NCBI GenBank assembly: GCA_965263035.1
Contig: OZ253580.1
Span: 960,001 to 1,024,000, forward strand
Source of the DNA: Acidobacteriota bacterium
GTDB taxonomy: Bacteria > Acidobacteriota > UBA6911 > RPQK01 > JAJDTT01
DNA length: 64,000 bases
Direction of reading: 5' to 3'
Shown: positions 19,635 to 29,434 of the stretch, one piece after another
Layout of the letters: each line of letters begins with the position of its first letter
Position numbering within the stretch: the first letter of the stretch is position 1
The notes under the pieces: model-generated
Seen by the model: only the letters and a program-made list of their open reading frames with translations
The model's database searches: none
Told to the model about the DNA's origin: nothing
Position numbers and translations under genes: made by a program

Positions 19635-20326
19635 TGCATCCTCCTGACTTACAAGACATATTCTATAGGAAAGTACCGGCATTATCAACCCCTACGGGCA
19701 ACTTTTTCGGCACTTTCGTATATAATCCCCAAGGAAATCCTAGCACCATTAGCACGCAGAAAGGACGAGGATAGCTGAGCAAGTTGACGAGATTCGGCGA
19801 TAATTCTTCAGCCAGCCGCAACGGCCCTCGCGAGCCCAGCCTATTGGCGGCGGTTATCCCGGGTCGACAAACCAGAATTCCGAGAGTTCTCACGCTGAAG
19901 CTGACGGCTACTTCAAATATGGAGGGCCAGTGCACCACGCCGCGGTCAGCTCCCAGAAATCTCCTCGCCTCTTCAGCCCGATATTTTGTCCCTGAGTGCC
20001 GCCGTATTTCGCGGTAACTCCCTCGTATCTGGCTCCTATCTGGCTGGTGTCTTTTTCTCTGTCCAAGACATTAACATTCGATGAATCAGCAACCTGAGTG
20101 CAGGCTCTGCGGAACGAATCTTCCAAATTTTGACCCAGCGCAGGCATATTCATGTCTCCCTGCCCTCAACCGTCTCTCGCCGGCTGCCTTTTGCCCGACC
20201 GCGCCGCGCTCCGGAAGCCAGTATGGTCAGCCCGGCTGCCCGTTTCAGAAACGTTCGTCGATTTCGCATTTCGTCCGCTCCAATCACCAGGGGAGCTTTT
20301 ACACAAGACCACGGCCAGCTCCCCGG

Positions 20327-21655
20327 TCAATCGCGCTGCACCTCGATCGGTAAAACGAAAATGCGGCTCCGTTCACCGGAATCGACGGGCGTCGGATCCC
20401 AGCCGAAGGGAGCGCGGTCGTACACCAGCAGAAGCCGGTTGGCCGAGATCTCCACGATCTCCGTGTAAGAGGTGGTCTGACCCCTTCCGCCCCTTTGGCC
20501 CTGCTGGGAAATGCGGTAGCTGGCGTCCGGAGCCCAGCGGTTGTGATGTTCGAGGATGTCGATGTCCTGCCAGGTCTGCGCACGGGCGTCGATGGAGAAC
20601 CATACACGTATACCGGGGCGGCCGCTGGAGAGCACGATGGTGTCGTTCTGGGTGCGAACCATACTCGGCTCCACGCTGAAGGGGGGGATGGGTTCCACCT
20701 GGGTCCAGGAACGGCCTCCATCGCCGCTGTAGGCCCGGCCCAGGTCCAATAAACTGCCGACTCGAAACACAGCCATGAGGTCTCCATCGGCCAGCCGGAT
20801 CATCGATGTCTCACTGGCTTCCAGGAGTTCCTGAGGCCAGGGTCGACCCTGGTAACGCGAGTCTTCAGGATCCCGCCTCCTGGCGTCAGCAGTCATCACA
20901 AAAGGATCAGCCACGGTTGAGAAGTAGCGCCATGTCCGTCCCTTATCCTCAGAAGCAAAGAGCAGGCTGATCACCTTCTCTTCCTTTCGAGGCTCCAGGT
21001 TCCCCCCGGTCCTCATGTACCCGGTGGCCAGGAGGCGATCGCCCATCTGAAGGGCATCGCCACAAAACTTCAGTCGGGCAATCCAGTTGGTTCGAGGCAT
21101 CTGGCTCGGAAACGTGCCCACCGGCCAGGGCCAGTCCACCACCCGCACGCCGGCCGGTTCTACAACAACGCTGCTCCCACCGCGTTCGAACAGGTTGTAG
21201 CTGGTGTGAAGGTTGTGTCTTTCCTCCCGCTCGGGCTGGTAGAGGTGGGCCAGGATGGCCAGTAGAGATCCCTCCCCCTGAGGTACGTAAATGGCTGGTT
21301 GAAGGTCCGTGATGAGGTCATAGCGGTGGCCCCAGTTGTGGCCGCCATTTCTGGAGATCTGAAAGGCGCGAACCGAATAGGGATTCGCGTTGGAATCCGC
21401 TGACACGGCATAGGTCACGATCAATTCGCCGGACGGAAATTTGGCCAGAGTTGGAAACCAGGCATGACCGATGGTTTGGGTCACCTGGATCGGCTGTCCC
21501 AGACGAACGGTCAGGCGCTGCAACCTCACCTTCGTCGTTTCTCCGGTGGCAAGAAGGTGGGGTTGCGGTGCAAAACCGGAAGCCCACAGCCAGGGCGCGA
21601 GGAGAAACACGATCCTTTTCCCGTACCTTGGCCTGTGATTGCACTGGTCGATCAT
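20327..21655 (-). CDS. Asp-box sialidase-like beta-propeller, secreted; paralogue of 9195-10523
   Basis: Signal peptide; SRNGGHNW, SEDKGRTW, SGDGGRSW; shares PRTNWIAR and HHN.WAPDA.YRI with 9195-10523. Confidence 0.85.
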   Translation of the reverse strand: MIDQCNHRPRYGKRIVFLLAPWLWASGFAPQPHLLATGETTKVRLQRLTVRLGQPIQVTQTIGHAWFPTLAKFPSGELIVTYAVSADSNANPYSVRAFQISRNGGHNWGHRYDLITDLQPAIYVPQGEGSLLAILAHLYQPEREERHNLHTSYNLFERGGSSVVVEPAGVRVVDWPWPVGTFPSQMPRTNWIARLKFCGDALQMGDRLLATGYMRTGGNLEPRKEEKVISLLFASEDKGRTWRYFSTVADPFVMTADARRRDPEDSRYQGRPWPQELLEASETSMIRLADGDLMAVFRVGSLLDLGRAYSGDGGRSWTQVEPIPPFSVEPSMVRTQNDTIVLSSGRPGIRVWFSIDARAQTWQDIDILEHHNRWAPDASYRISQQGQRGGRGQTTSYTEIVEISANRLLLVYDRAPFGWDPTPVDSGERSRIFVLPIEVQRD

Positions 21656-21836
21656 GATTTCCTCCCGTTCGAGAAGTCCAAGGATGAATCTTACAGCAGA
21701 GATCCAACCGGGAACAGGGCTATGGCCAGCGACACGGCTAGCCCGGATATCTCAACAGAAAGATTGATAAAGGCCGCGTATTCTGCTATAAGTGTTGTGG
21801 TATCAATAACTTACAAAGCAGAAGGGACGCGACCTT

Positions 21837-23250
21837 ATGACCGCAGAGTGTACCAGAACAAAGCTCAGATTTCAGGGCCTGGACGGACGGGACGTCGTGG
21901 GCCGGTTCGACGGCGGCGAGATCACCTCCGACGCCGGTGGCGTGCTCTTGCGTGAAGTGGAGCAGCGGACCCGGATTCTGGGTCGGCTGAGCGAATGCTT
22001 CACCGATCATCGGGATCCGGATCGGATCGAACACTCCGTCGTGGCGTTGATCAAACAGCGGGTGCTGGGGCTGTGCCTGGGCTACGAGGATCTCAACGAC
22101 CACGACGAGTTGTGCCGGGACCGGCTCCTGGCGCTACTGTGCGACCGGGACGACCTGACGGGGGAGTTCCGGCGCGTGGAGTCGGATCGAGGCAAACCGC
22201 TGGCAGGCAAGAGCACCCTGAACCGACTGGAGCGGACCCCGTTGGAGGGACCGGAGGGCGCGTACAAGAAGATCGTGGCCGACCCGGCGAGGATGGACGA
22301 GCTGCTGCTGGAGGTGTTTGTGGAAGCGCATCCGGAGCCCCCGGAGGAGGTGATCCTGGATGTAGACGCCACGGACGATCCGCTGCATGGGAAGCAGGAG
22401 GGACGGTTCTTCCACGGCTATTACAAACGCTACTGCTACCTGCCGCTGTACGTCTTCTGTGGGGAACATCTGTTGTGTGCGCGGCTGCGCACGGCGGATC
22501 GAGGCGCGGCCCACGGGGTGGTGGCGGAGTTGGAACCGATCGTGAGGCGGCTGCGTGAAGCGTGGCCCCAGGTCCGGATCACGGTTCGAGGGGACAGTGC
22601 CTTCTCCAACGACGAGTTGATGGTCTGGTGCGAGAAGGAAGGGATCGATTACGTCCTGGGGTTGGCGCAGAACGATCGGCTGAAGCGGAGGATCGCGACC
22701 CGGATGGAGACCGTCCGGAAGTTGCAGCAGGCGATGGGCAAGGCCGTGAGGCAGTTCCAGGAACTGCGCTATCAGACGCACAAGAGTTGGTCCTGCGAGC
22801 GCCGGGTGGTGGCGAAGGTGGAGCACCTGCCCCGGGGAAAGAACCCGCGGTTCATCGTGACTTCGGTGCCGGTCCAGGAATGCGAAGGGCGAAGATTGTA
22901 CGAGGAGGTCTACTGCGCGCGGGGAGAGCATGGAGAATCGGATAAAGGAACAGCAGATGGGTCTGTTTGCGGACCGCACGTCGACCCGGAAGCTGGCGGG
23001 GAATCAACTGCGGTTGTATTTCTCGGCATTCGCCTACGTGATGATGGAGACGTTGCGACGGGTGGGGCTGGCGGGGACGAAGCTGGCGCGGGCGCAGAGC
23101 TGGACCCTGCGGGTGAGATTGCTGAAGATCGGGGCACAGGTCCGGATCACCAGCCGCAAGGTCTGGTTGTCCTTTTCCGAGAGCTATCCGTATGCGGCGC
23201 TGTTGAGGACGGCTCTGACGCAAGTGCAAGCCCTCCCGCTTCGCTGTTAG
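21837..23250 (+). pseudogene. IS1380 transposase with a +1 frameshift
   Basis: GGAGAGCATG versus GGAGACATG in copy 1 (extra G at about 22928) splits YCARGD/MENRIKE. Confidence 0.85.
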
Positions 23251-23494
23251 CAACGGATGGAAAGAACTCTTTGGACGATGGCGACTTGGGAGTCCCCAGG
23301 ATGGACTGCGCCCCGGAGTGGGCACCGGGTCGAGAGTCGTCGCTCAGAAGCGCAGGATGGGCGTCAAAAGGCTCTGGAGAAGCGCTGCATCTGGCCGTTG
23401 GTCGGCACGTTCGAGCACGAAAACTGCCTCTTGAACTCGTATGGATAAAGAATCACCCAGACGACGGTTCAACTTCCGTTTATTGTTCTACTGA

Positions 23495-25492
23495 GTAGAG
23501 TCGAGGAGAGGCGCGACGGCCGTAGGTGGTAGGGAGTCGCTGTTGCCGGCGGCTTTCGCCCTCATGCCGGTGCCTCAATCTCCACCGTGACCCCGTTTCC
23601 TCTCCCCGCTCATCGAACCGGACGTGCGCTACTAACGCATCCGGCTCTCGGACGAGATCATACGCGCGCCCACGGAAAGCTGGCCGTTCGCGGACCAAGA
23701 CGAGTGAGCTCCCACTCCTTCCAGAGTCGCTTGTCCGGGAAGCGCACCGTCTTCCCGGCCCTCACCTTGTGCTTGCGGCTCAGCCACTGGCGCAGCCGCC
23801 GGGTCGCGTGCCGATCGATCGTCGCATAAGCGGGACTCACCTGACCCAACGAGAAGTAGTTCGCCCAACCGTTCAGAAGCCGGTTGAGGCGTCCCACGAC
23901 TCGCTCGGGTTCCAGGAGTCCATAGCGTCTCTCGGTCAACGCGCTCACCCTGCGGCAGAGGCTCTGAACGCTCGCCGGGCTCGGGCGCGTCCCAATGTAG
24001 GCTCGCCCCGTATCCCGGCGGTAGTTGCGCCCAATCCGGTAGCCGAGGAACTCCAGCGGTTCCTCCGGCACCCGCACCTCTCGGGTCTTCTCCGCGTTCA
24101 ACGCCAGCTTCAGACGCTTCACCAAATCCTCGACCGCCGTCCGCATGATCGCGGCCGGAGCTTGGCCCAGGACCACAAAGTCGTCTGCGTAGTTGACGAT
24201 TTCCGCCTTGAAGCGCCGAGCGTAGCCCAGTCCCTTCCAGCCCAGAATGAAGCGTCGCATGTACAAGTTGCTCAGCAGCGGTGAGATGGGCGCCCCTTGC
24301 GGGGTCCCTTTCCTCTCTTGCCGCGCCCGGGTCGTTCGGCGTCGTCCGCCGCAGCCGTCCTCTTCCTCCACCGCCATCTCCAACCAAACCTTGATCCAAC
24401 CCACCACCCGCCCATCACTGATGCGGCGGGCCACGGACTTGATCAGTTGGGCATGGGGGATCTGGCCGAAGTAGTCCGTCAGGTCGGCGTCCACCACCTC
24501 GCGGTGGCCCCGGTTCAGCAGTCGGTGCACGTGCTTGACGGCATCGCCCGCGCTCCGGCCCGGCCGATAGGCATATTGTTCCGGGGCCAGATCGGCTTCG
24601 AAGATCGGCGACAACACCAACATTGCCGCCGTCTGCGCCACCCGATCCCGCACACACGGAATGCCCAAAGGCCGGAACTTCCCGCGTTGCTTCTTCGGGA
24701 TCAGAACCTGCCGCACCGCGTTGGGCCGGTAGGTCCCTTCCTTCAGGTCCCGCGCCAGTTCCCCGAGCCACCCGTCCACCCCCGACGACTCGATGTCGGC
24801 GATCGCCTCCCCGTCCACCCCGGCCGACCCGCCGTTGCGGCGGACCTCCTGCCAGGCCACACGGAGCACGTCCAACCGCCACACCTTGTCGCACAGCGAG
24901 TAGAACCGGAAGCCCGGAGCCTCCTTCGATGCTCGCATGGAGCGTCTTCCGGAGTCTCTGAACTTTCTCTGAAGCTACTAGGTTCTCACCAGTCTTCACG
25001 TCCTTTTCCCCGTCCAACGCGGTTCTCGAACCAAGGCCCCTTCCCTCCACCGGCGTTACCCGGCTTCTCCAGTACTACGGGCCTCTCCGCCACCCCGACG
25101 GCCCAGGCTGGCCCTCACGGGTTCCCGGTTGACGCGTGCCACGCCACCGGCGGGGCTTCCCGTGTTGCTGCTGTCTCCCTCTTGTCCACATGCCACCGCC
25201 ATTACCCCGGCGGAACCGGCCGGTGCTTCCGTCGCTCGCTTCCCGGCCGCTGGCAGCCTTCGTGCGTTTCTCAGGCGGGTCGGCTTCCGCATTACCCGTT
25301 TCGAGGCCTGCTCAGCGTTCGCTCAAGCTACGGCCTGCGGACTCGCTGAGTCGCCTAAAGCGACCCTTTGACATCGGAGTGCTTCAGTCCATATCGTTGC
25401 CTCCATGAACCGCTCCGACTGCTACCGGCTGGAGCGACAGTTGCCGGGCGGGTTTCGCACCCGCTGGGAGAAAGCGCCTTTCCACGGCGCAC
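23495..25492 (-). mobile_element. Group II intron (1998 nt)
   Basis: 5' end GTGCG at 25492; domain V GAGCCGGATGCGTTAGTAGCGCACGTCCGGTTC; long domain VI ending CTCGACTCTAC at 23495; RT ORF inside; removing it rejoins the IS1380 TIR. Confidence 0.93.
23658..24999 (-). CDS. ltrA: Group II intron reverse transcriptase/maturase without endonuclease domain; frameshift near the N-terminus
   Basis: RPLGIPCVRDRVAQ, DADLTDYF, GTPQGAPISPLLSN, YADD, FLGY, GWANYF. The natural start GTG 24999 (MKTGENL...KVQRLRKTLHA) is out of frame with the RT body at about 24933. Confidence 0.85.
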
Positions 25493-25505
25493 TGAGATAT
25501 CCGGG

Positions 25506-26027
25506 CTAGGTTCGCCCGCCGTCATCGGAGACAGACAGCAAGCTGCTCATCAGTTCCTGAGGGTAGGCTTTCGTACTGATGTATCCGGTGGCGAAAAGCC
25601 GGCCTTCCCGTTCGAAGGCGCTGCCGTCCAGTTTGACCCGCGCGATCCAGTTTGTCCGCGGTATCGGGCTGGGAAACATATCCACGGCCCAGGGCAGGTC
25701 CATCATTCGAGTTCCAGCCGGTTCCATGACCACCCGATTCCCTTCCCGCTCAAAGCGGGAGTAGGTCGCATGCAGGTTGTGCCGGTCCTCCGGATCCGCC
25801 TGGTAGAAGTGGGAAGGTATGGCCAATAGGGAACCGTCGTCCCGTGGGAGGTAGATCCAGGGTTGATGGTCGGGGATCAGGTCGTTTCGATGCCCCCAGC
25901 TCCTACCCCCGTCCCTGGAGATCTGGAAGGCTGTAAGGTAAGTCGGATTTTCGTTGGTGTCGGCCACCAGCGAGTAGGTCACCATCAGCTCTCCGGTGGG
26001 GAATCTTGCCCGGATTCTCCGATCCAC
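25506..26027 (-). pseudogene. Fragment of an Asp-box propeller (close paralogue of 9195-10523), N-terminally deleted and cut at the IS1380 end
   Basis: ELMVTYSLVADTNE...PDHQPWIY...FYQADPEDRHNLHA...PRTNWIAR...SDDGGRT*; no signal peptide and no C-terminal half. Confidence 0.85.
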
Positions 26028-26061
26028 CGGGCCTCGGCGCCTTTTCCCTTGCCCCTCGGCT

Positions 26062-27870
26062 CTAGGCGCCTGAGACAAGCGAGACACGGACCTGCAGCAA
26101 CTCAACGGGCACGGAGGGCTCCCCTCCCCGTCGAGGATCGACCGTCAGCTCCAAGGCGTTGTTCCCTTTTCTCAGAGTAAGCGGATCCACTTTGAAGCTC
26201 AGCCAGCCGGCTTCTTTTTGAAAACCCAGGCCGTACCCAGCTTCCGTGTACTGCCTGCTGGTTTCCGGGGAAATGTACCCTTTCGGTGAAGACGGTTGCG
26301 GATTGGAGATCGGCCGGCCGTTGAGTTTCCAGGTGGCCCGTCCCCCGTCGGTTGCGTCTTTCCATTGGGTCAGCACGGTCGCTGTCGCCACGGAATCAGG
26401 CTCATCAACGATGGTCAAGGCGAACCGCACGCTATTCGACCCCGACTGGGTGGTCAACACCCGGGGCAACTGGCCGGGTATATTCCGCGTCTTGGAAGGC
26501 CGATCCGGGTCGATGGCATAGAGCTTGTTCTTGCCTACGAGGGCCTTTGGGTCCCCTACACGAGGCACCGTACCGTAGTCTTTTGGATCGGTGGGGCCGT
26601 GATGGGTATGCCAATCAAAGAGGTAGATTCCGTCTACTCCCTCTTCCCAAAACCGGTGGGAGGCTGCATCAACCGCGGTGTAGTCAGAGGCGACATCGTC
26701 TTCCAGCTCGGGATCGCGATGGTCAAACTTGGGCCGCCCGGTGCGAAAAGGTTGCACGAGACGGTCGAGACAGCCGTAGACCTGGATACCGTATCGATGT
26801 CCGAGTCGGACCCACTCTTGGATAGGGATGGAATAAGGCATCAGTCCGGAACCGCCTATGATGAGATCCACCCAGTGGTTGCGAGCCCAGGTCTCCGGGT
26901 CCAGTCCGGCCGACAGGCTCAGCTGGATGCTGTCCGGAGGGCGGACGGCGAGTAGAATCGGATGTCCTCGCCTTTCCCCGAAGTGGTCCAGTGTCTGACG
27001 GACCTGATGAACGAAGTCGTTCATGATGGGCGTGTTCCGGCGCTGCTCCCCGAGCTTGAAGAACATGCTGTGCCGGCACCAGTCGAGTTCCACTCCATCC
27101 AGGTCATAGCGGCGGCAGGCTCCTTCCACCACCTCCAGGTATCGGGCCCGGACCTCGGGGAGCGCATAGTTGTAGCCCGCCCAGAAGCGGGCGTCGCGAG
27201 AAGCCATTCCGTTGCGTTTGATGACGTCTGCCAGCGGATGATCTTCCTCGGCCTGACGGCGCAACTCGACGATCTCTTGGGGGTCGTAAAGGTCCTGTTT
27301 CTTCTCGATTTCACTGTAGCGTTGAATCCAGGGCAGGGTTTTCTTTTCCCAGTGTTCCCTCGAAATAAAACCCAACATCAGTTCAGGATGTTTGAGCCTG
27401 AATGGGGGCCAGTAGGAGGCCTTTGGAGGGAACAGGGAGGCGTGGATGTCATTCATTCGAATGGAGTAAAAAAACTCCATTCCATTCTGGCGCGCGAAGT
27501 CGACTGCATGCCTGACGGGATTCGGACCCAGGACTTCGATGTGTTCTTGTGGGAACTCCCAGTCGGGCTCGTTGACATGGGCACAGTAGAAAATGCTGGC
27601 TACTTCCGTCCCCTTCACATAGCTGAGCGTGTTCGCCAGGAACTTGCCGGGTGATTTCAGGGGATTCGGCCACTTACCGCCTGCGTAGGCGGGCTGCAGC
27701 ATGTCACTGCCGTCGTTGTTCCAAAGAACGGGACGCTTTCGCCGCCTGGCCTTCGCTCTCTTAGCAGCCGGACTGGAGCCCAGAACGGCAGGGGCGCCGC
27801 CGTGGGCAGAAACGGAGGAAAGCCAAGTTGCGGCAGTCATTTGTTTCAGAAACGTTCGCCGATTCTTCAT
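26062..27870 (-). CDS. Tat-exported DUF187/GHL10-like putative glycoside hydrolase, paralogue 2
   Basis: MKNRRTFL Tat signal; WNNDGSD, IRMNDIH, DGVELDWCRH, DGIYLFDWHTHHGP. Confidence 0.75.
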   Translation of the reverse strand: MKNRRTFLKQMTAATWLSSVSAHGGAPAVLGSSPAAKRAKARRRKRPVLWNNDGSDMLQPAYAGGKWPNPLKSPGKFLANTLSYVKGTEVASIFYCAHVNEPDWEFPQEHIEVLGPNPVRHAVDFARQNGMEFFYSIRMNDIHASLFPPKASYWPPFRLKHPELMLGFISREHWEKKTLPWIQRYSEIEKKQDLYDPQEIVELRRQAEEDHPLADVIKRNGMASRDARFWAGYNYALPEVRARYLEVVEGACRRYDLDGVELDWCRHSMFFKLGEQRRNTPIMNDFVHQVRQTLDHFGERRGHPILLAVRPPDSIQLSLSAGLDPETWARNHWVDLIIGGSGLMPYSIPIQEWVRLGHRYGIQVYGCLDRLVQPFRTGRPKFDHRDPELEDDVASDYTAVDAASHRFWEEGVDGIYLFDWHTHHGPTDPKDYGTVPRVGDPKALVGKNKLYAIDPDRPSKTRNIPGQLPRVLTTQSGSNSVRFALTIVDEPDSVATATVLTQWKDATDGGRATWKLNGRPISNPQPSSPKGYISPETSRQYTEAGYGLGFQKEAGWLSFKVDPLTLRKGNNALELTVDPRRGGEPSVPVELLQVRVSLVSGA

Positions 27871-28232
27871 GGTTCGTTCTCCTGTTTGCTTGACTACTGC
27901 ACCAGGCAAGAGCGTCTCTAAAGAGCATGCTCCGTGATACCGTGACCCGTCAACGCGTTTCTTCCGGCGACGGTCAAGCTCTTACCAGCGCGGAGATCAA
28001 GATGACGAAGAGATTACTTGGCACGGCCGCCTATTTGCTGATGCTGTGCCTGCAGGGTAACTGCCGGAGCTGGCGGACTGGGGCAACGGCTGTGGCGAGC
28101 AATCCATGCAGAGGATGCCCAACGGGGATCTAATCGGAAGTTCCGGGAAGTGTTCCCCCTAAAATCAAGCTAAGTGGTTGATTTCCTTGCGGAAACAGCT
28201 TTGAGTCAGCTCATATATGTTCCCATGTACTA

Positions 28233-29382
28233 GTGTAGTGTCCCGTTAGTTCGTGTATAATAATAGGCGGTTCCTCATTCAGAAAGGAGACTGCCTATGC
28301 CCCGCGGACGCAAACTTCCCCCCTTGGTACTCAGCGACGAGCAGCGACATCAACTCCAGGGAGTCGCCCGTTCCACCAGTCTGCCTCACGGCTTGGTCCT
28401 GCGAGCCCGCATGATCCTGGCCAGTGCCGAGGGCCTCACCAACCGGGCAGTGGCCGAACGGGTCGGGGCTTCGCCCCAAGCCGTCGGCAAGTGGCGTCGA
28501 CGCTTCCTCGAACTCGGCGTTCAGGGCTTGCATGACGAGCTTCGTCCCGGTCGTCCCCGCAGCTACGACGACGAGAAGGTCGCCCAGGTGATCAGCCGCG
28601 CTCTGCAGCAGAAGCCGGCCAACGCCGAGAACTGGAGCGTGCGCTTGATGGGCGCCGCCGAGGGCGTCTCCAAGACCACCGTGCAGCGCTGGTTCTCGCT
28701 TTTTGGCATCAAGCCTCATCTGGCCCAGACCTTCAAGCTCTCCAACGACCCCTTCTTCATCGAGAAGGTCCGAGATATCGTGGGACTTTACCTCCATCCC
28801 CCCGACCACGCCATGGTGCTGTGCGTCGACGAGAAGTCTCAAATCCAGGCCCTGGACCGGACCCAACGGGCCCTGCCCCTGGGTCTCGGGTACGTTCAAG
28901 GATATACGCACGATTACATCCGCCACGGCACCACCACCCTTTTCGCGGCCCTGGATGCCGCCACGGGTCGCGTGATCGCTCAATGCAAGAAGCGCCACCG
29001 CCACCAGGACTTCCTGGCCTTTCTGAGGTTGATCGACCGGGAAGTGCCGCCCGATCTGGACCTCCACTTGGTCGTCGACAACTATGCCACGCACAAGCAT
29101 CCACGGGTCCGGGCCTGGATTGCCAAGCGGCCACGCTACCACTTACACTTCACCCCCACCTACGCCTCCTGGCTCAACCAAGTGGAGCGCTGGTTCGGTT
29201 TGATCACACAGCGAGCGATCAAGCGCACCTCGTTCCGCAACGTGAGACACTTGGTGAAGACGATTGAGGAATTCACCCATCGATACAACCAAGAGGCGAA
29301 ACCCTTCGTGTGGGCCGCCACAGCCCAATCCATCCTGGACAAGCTAGCACGATTATCTACTCGTATTTCCAGGACACCACAC
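28233..29382 (+). mobile_element. IS630-family element
   Basis: TIRs GTGTAGTGTCC / GGACACCACAC; TA duplication within CTAG (28231-28232, 29383-29384). Confidence 0.9.
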
Positions 29383-29385
29383 TAG
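28297..29385 (+). CDS. IS630-family transposase (intact)
   Basis: HTH N-terminus, CVDEK, YIRHGT, VVDNYATH, TPTYASWLNQVERWF; the stop codon uses the target TA. Confidence 0.95.
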   Translation: MPRGRKLPPLVLSDEQRHQLQGVARSTSLPHGLVLRARMILASAEGLTNRAVAERVGASPQAVGKWRRRFLELGVQGLHDELRPGRPRSYDDEKVAQVISRALQQKPANAENWSVRLMGAAEGVSKTTVQRWFSLFGIKPHLAQTFKLSNDPFFIEKVRDIVGLYLHPPDHAMVLCVDEKSQIQALDRTQRALPLGLGYVQGYTHDYIRHGTTTLFAALDAATGRVIAQCKKRHRHQDFLAFLRLIDREVPPDLDLHLVVDNYATHKHPRVRAWIAKRPRYHLHFTPTYASWLNQVERWFGLITQRAIKRTSFRNVRHLVKTIEEFTHRYNQEAKPFVWAATAQSILDKLARLSTRISRTPH

Positions 29386-29434
29386 AATGTATATTCTGTT
29401 GTATTGAATAGGTATATGGTCTCTAACTATTGCC

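Larger units (their letters stand above)
16200..19730 (-). mobile_element. IS1595-family element, copy 3, with cargo and a nested IS1380
   Basis: Perfect 26-bp TIR GGGGATTATATACGAAAGTGCCGAAA; 8-bp TSD AAGGAAAT at 16192-16199 and 19731-19738. Confidence 0.95.
21742..25505 (+). mobile_element. IS1380-family element, copy 2, with a group II intron inside its right TIR
   Basis: Near-identical to copy 1. Ends are CCCGGATATCTCA ... TGAGATATCCGGG, with CTAG at 21738-21741 and 25506-25509. Confidence 0.9.

Noticed and set aside
19739-20320. Short ORFs right of IS1595 copy 3
   Set aside because: No recognisable motifs; possibly decayed coding sequence but not assignable.
21837-23498. 553-aa extended IS1380 transposase
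   Set aside because: The C-terminal extension results from a 1-nt insertion relative to copy 1.
23658-24999. Reverse transcriptase as a retron, DGR or CRISPR-associated RT
   Set aside because: It is enclosed by group II intron ends and domain V, and no template/variable repeat pair or array is present.
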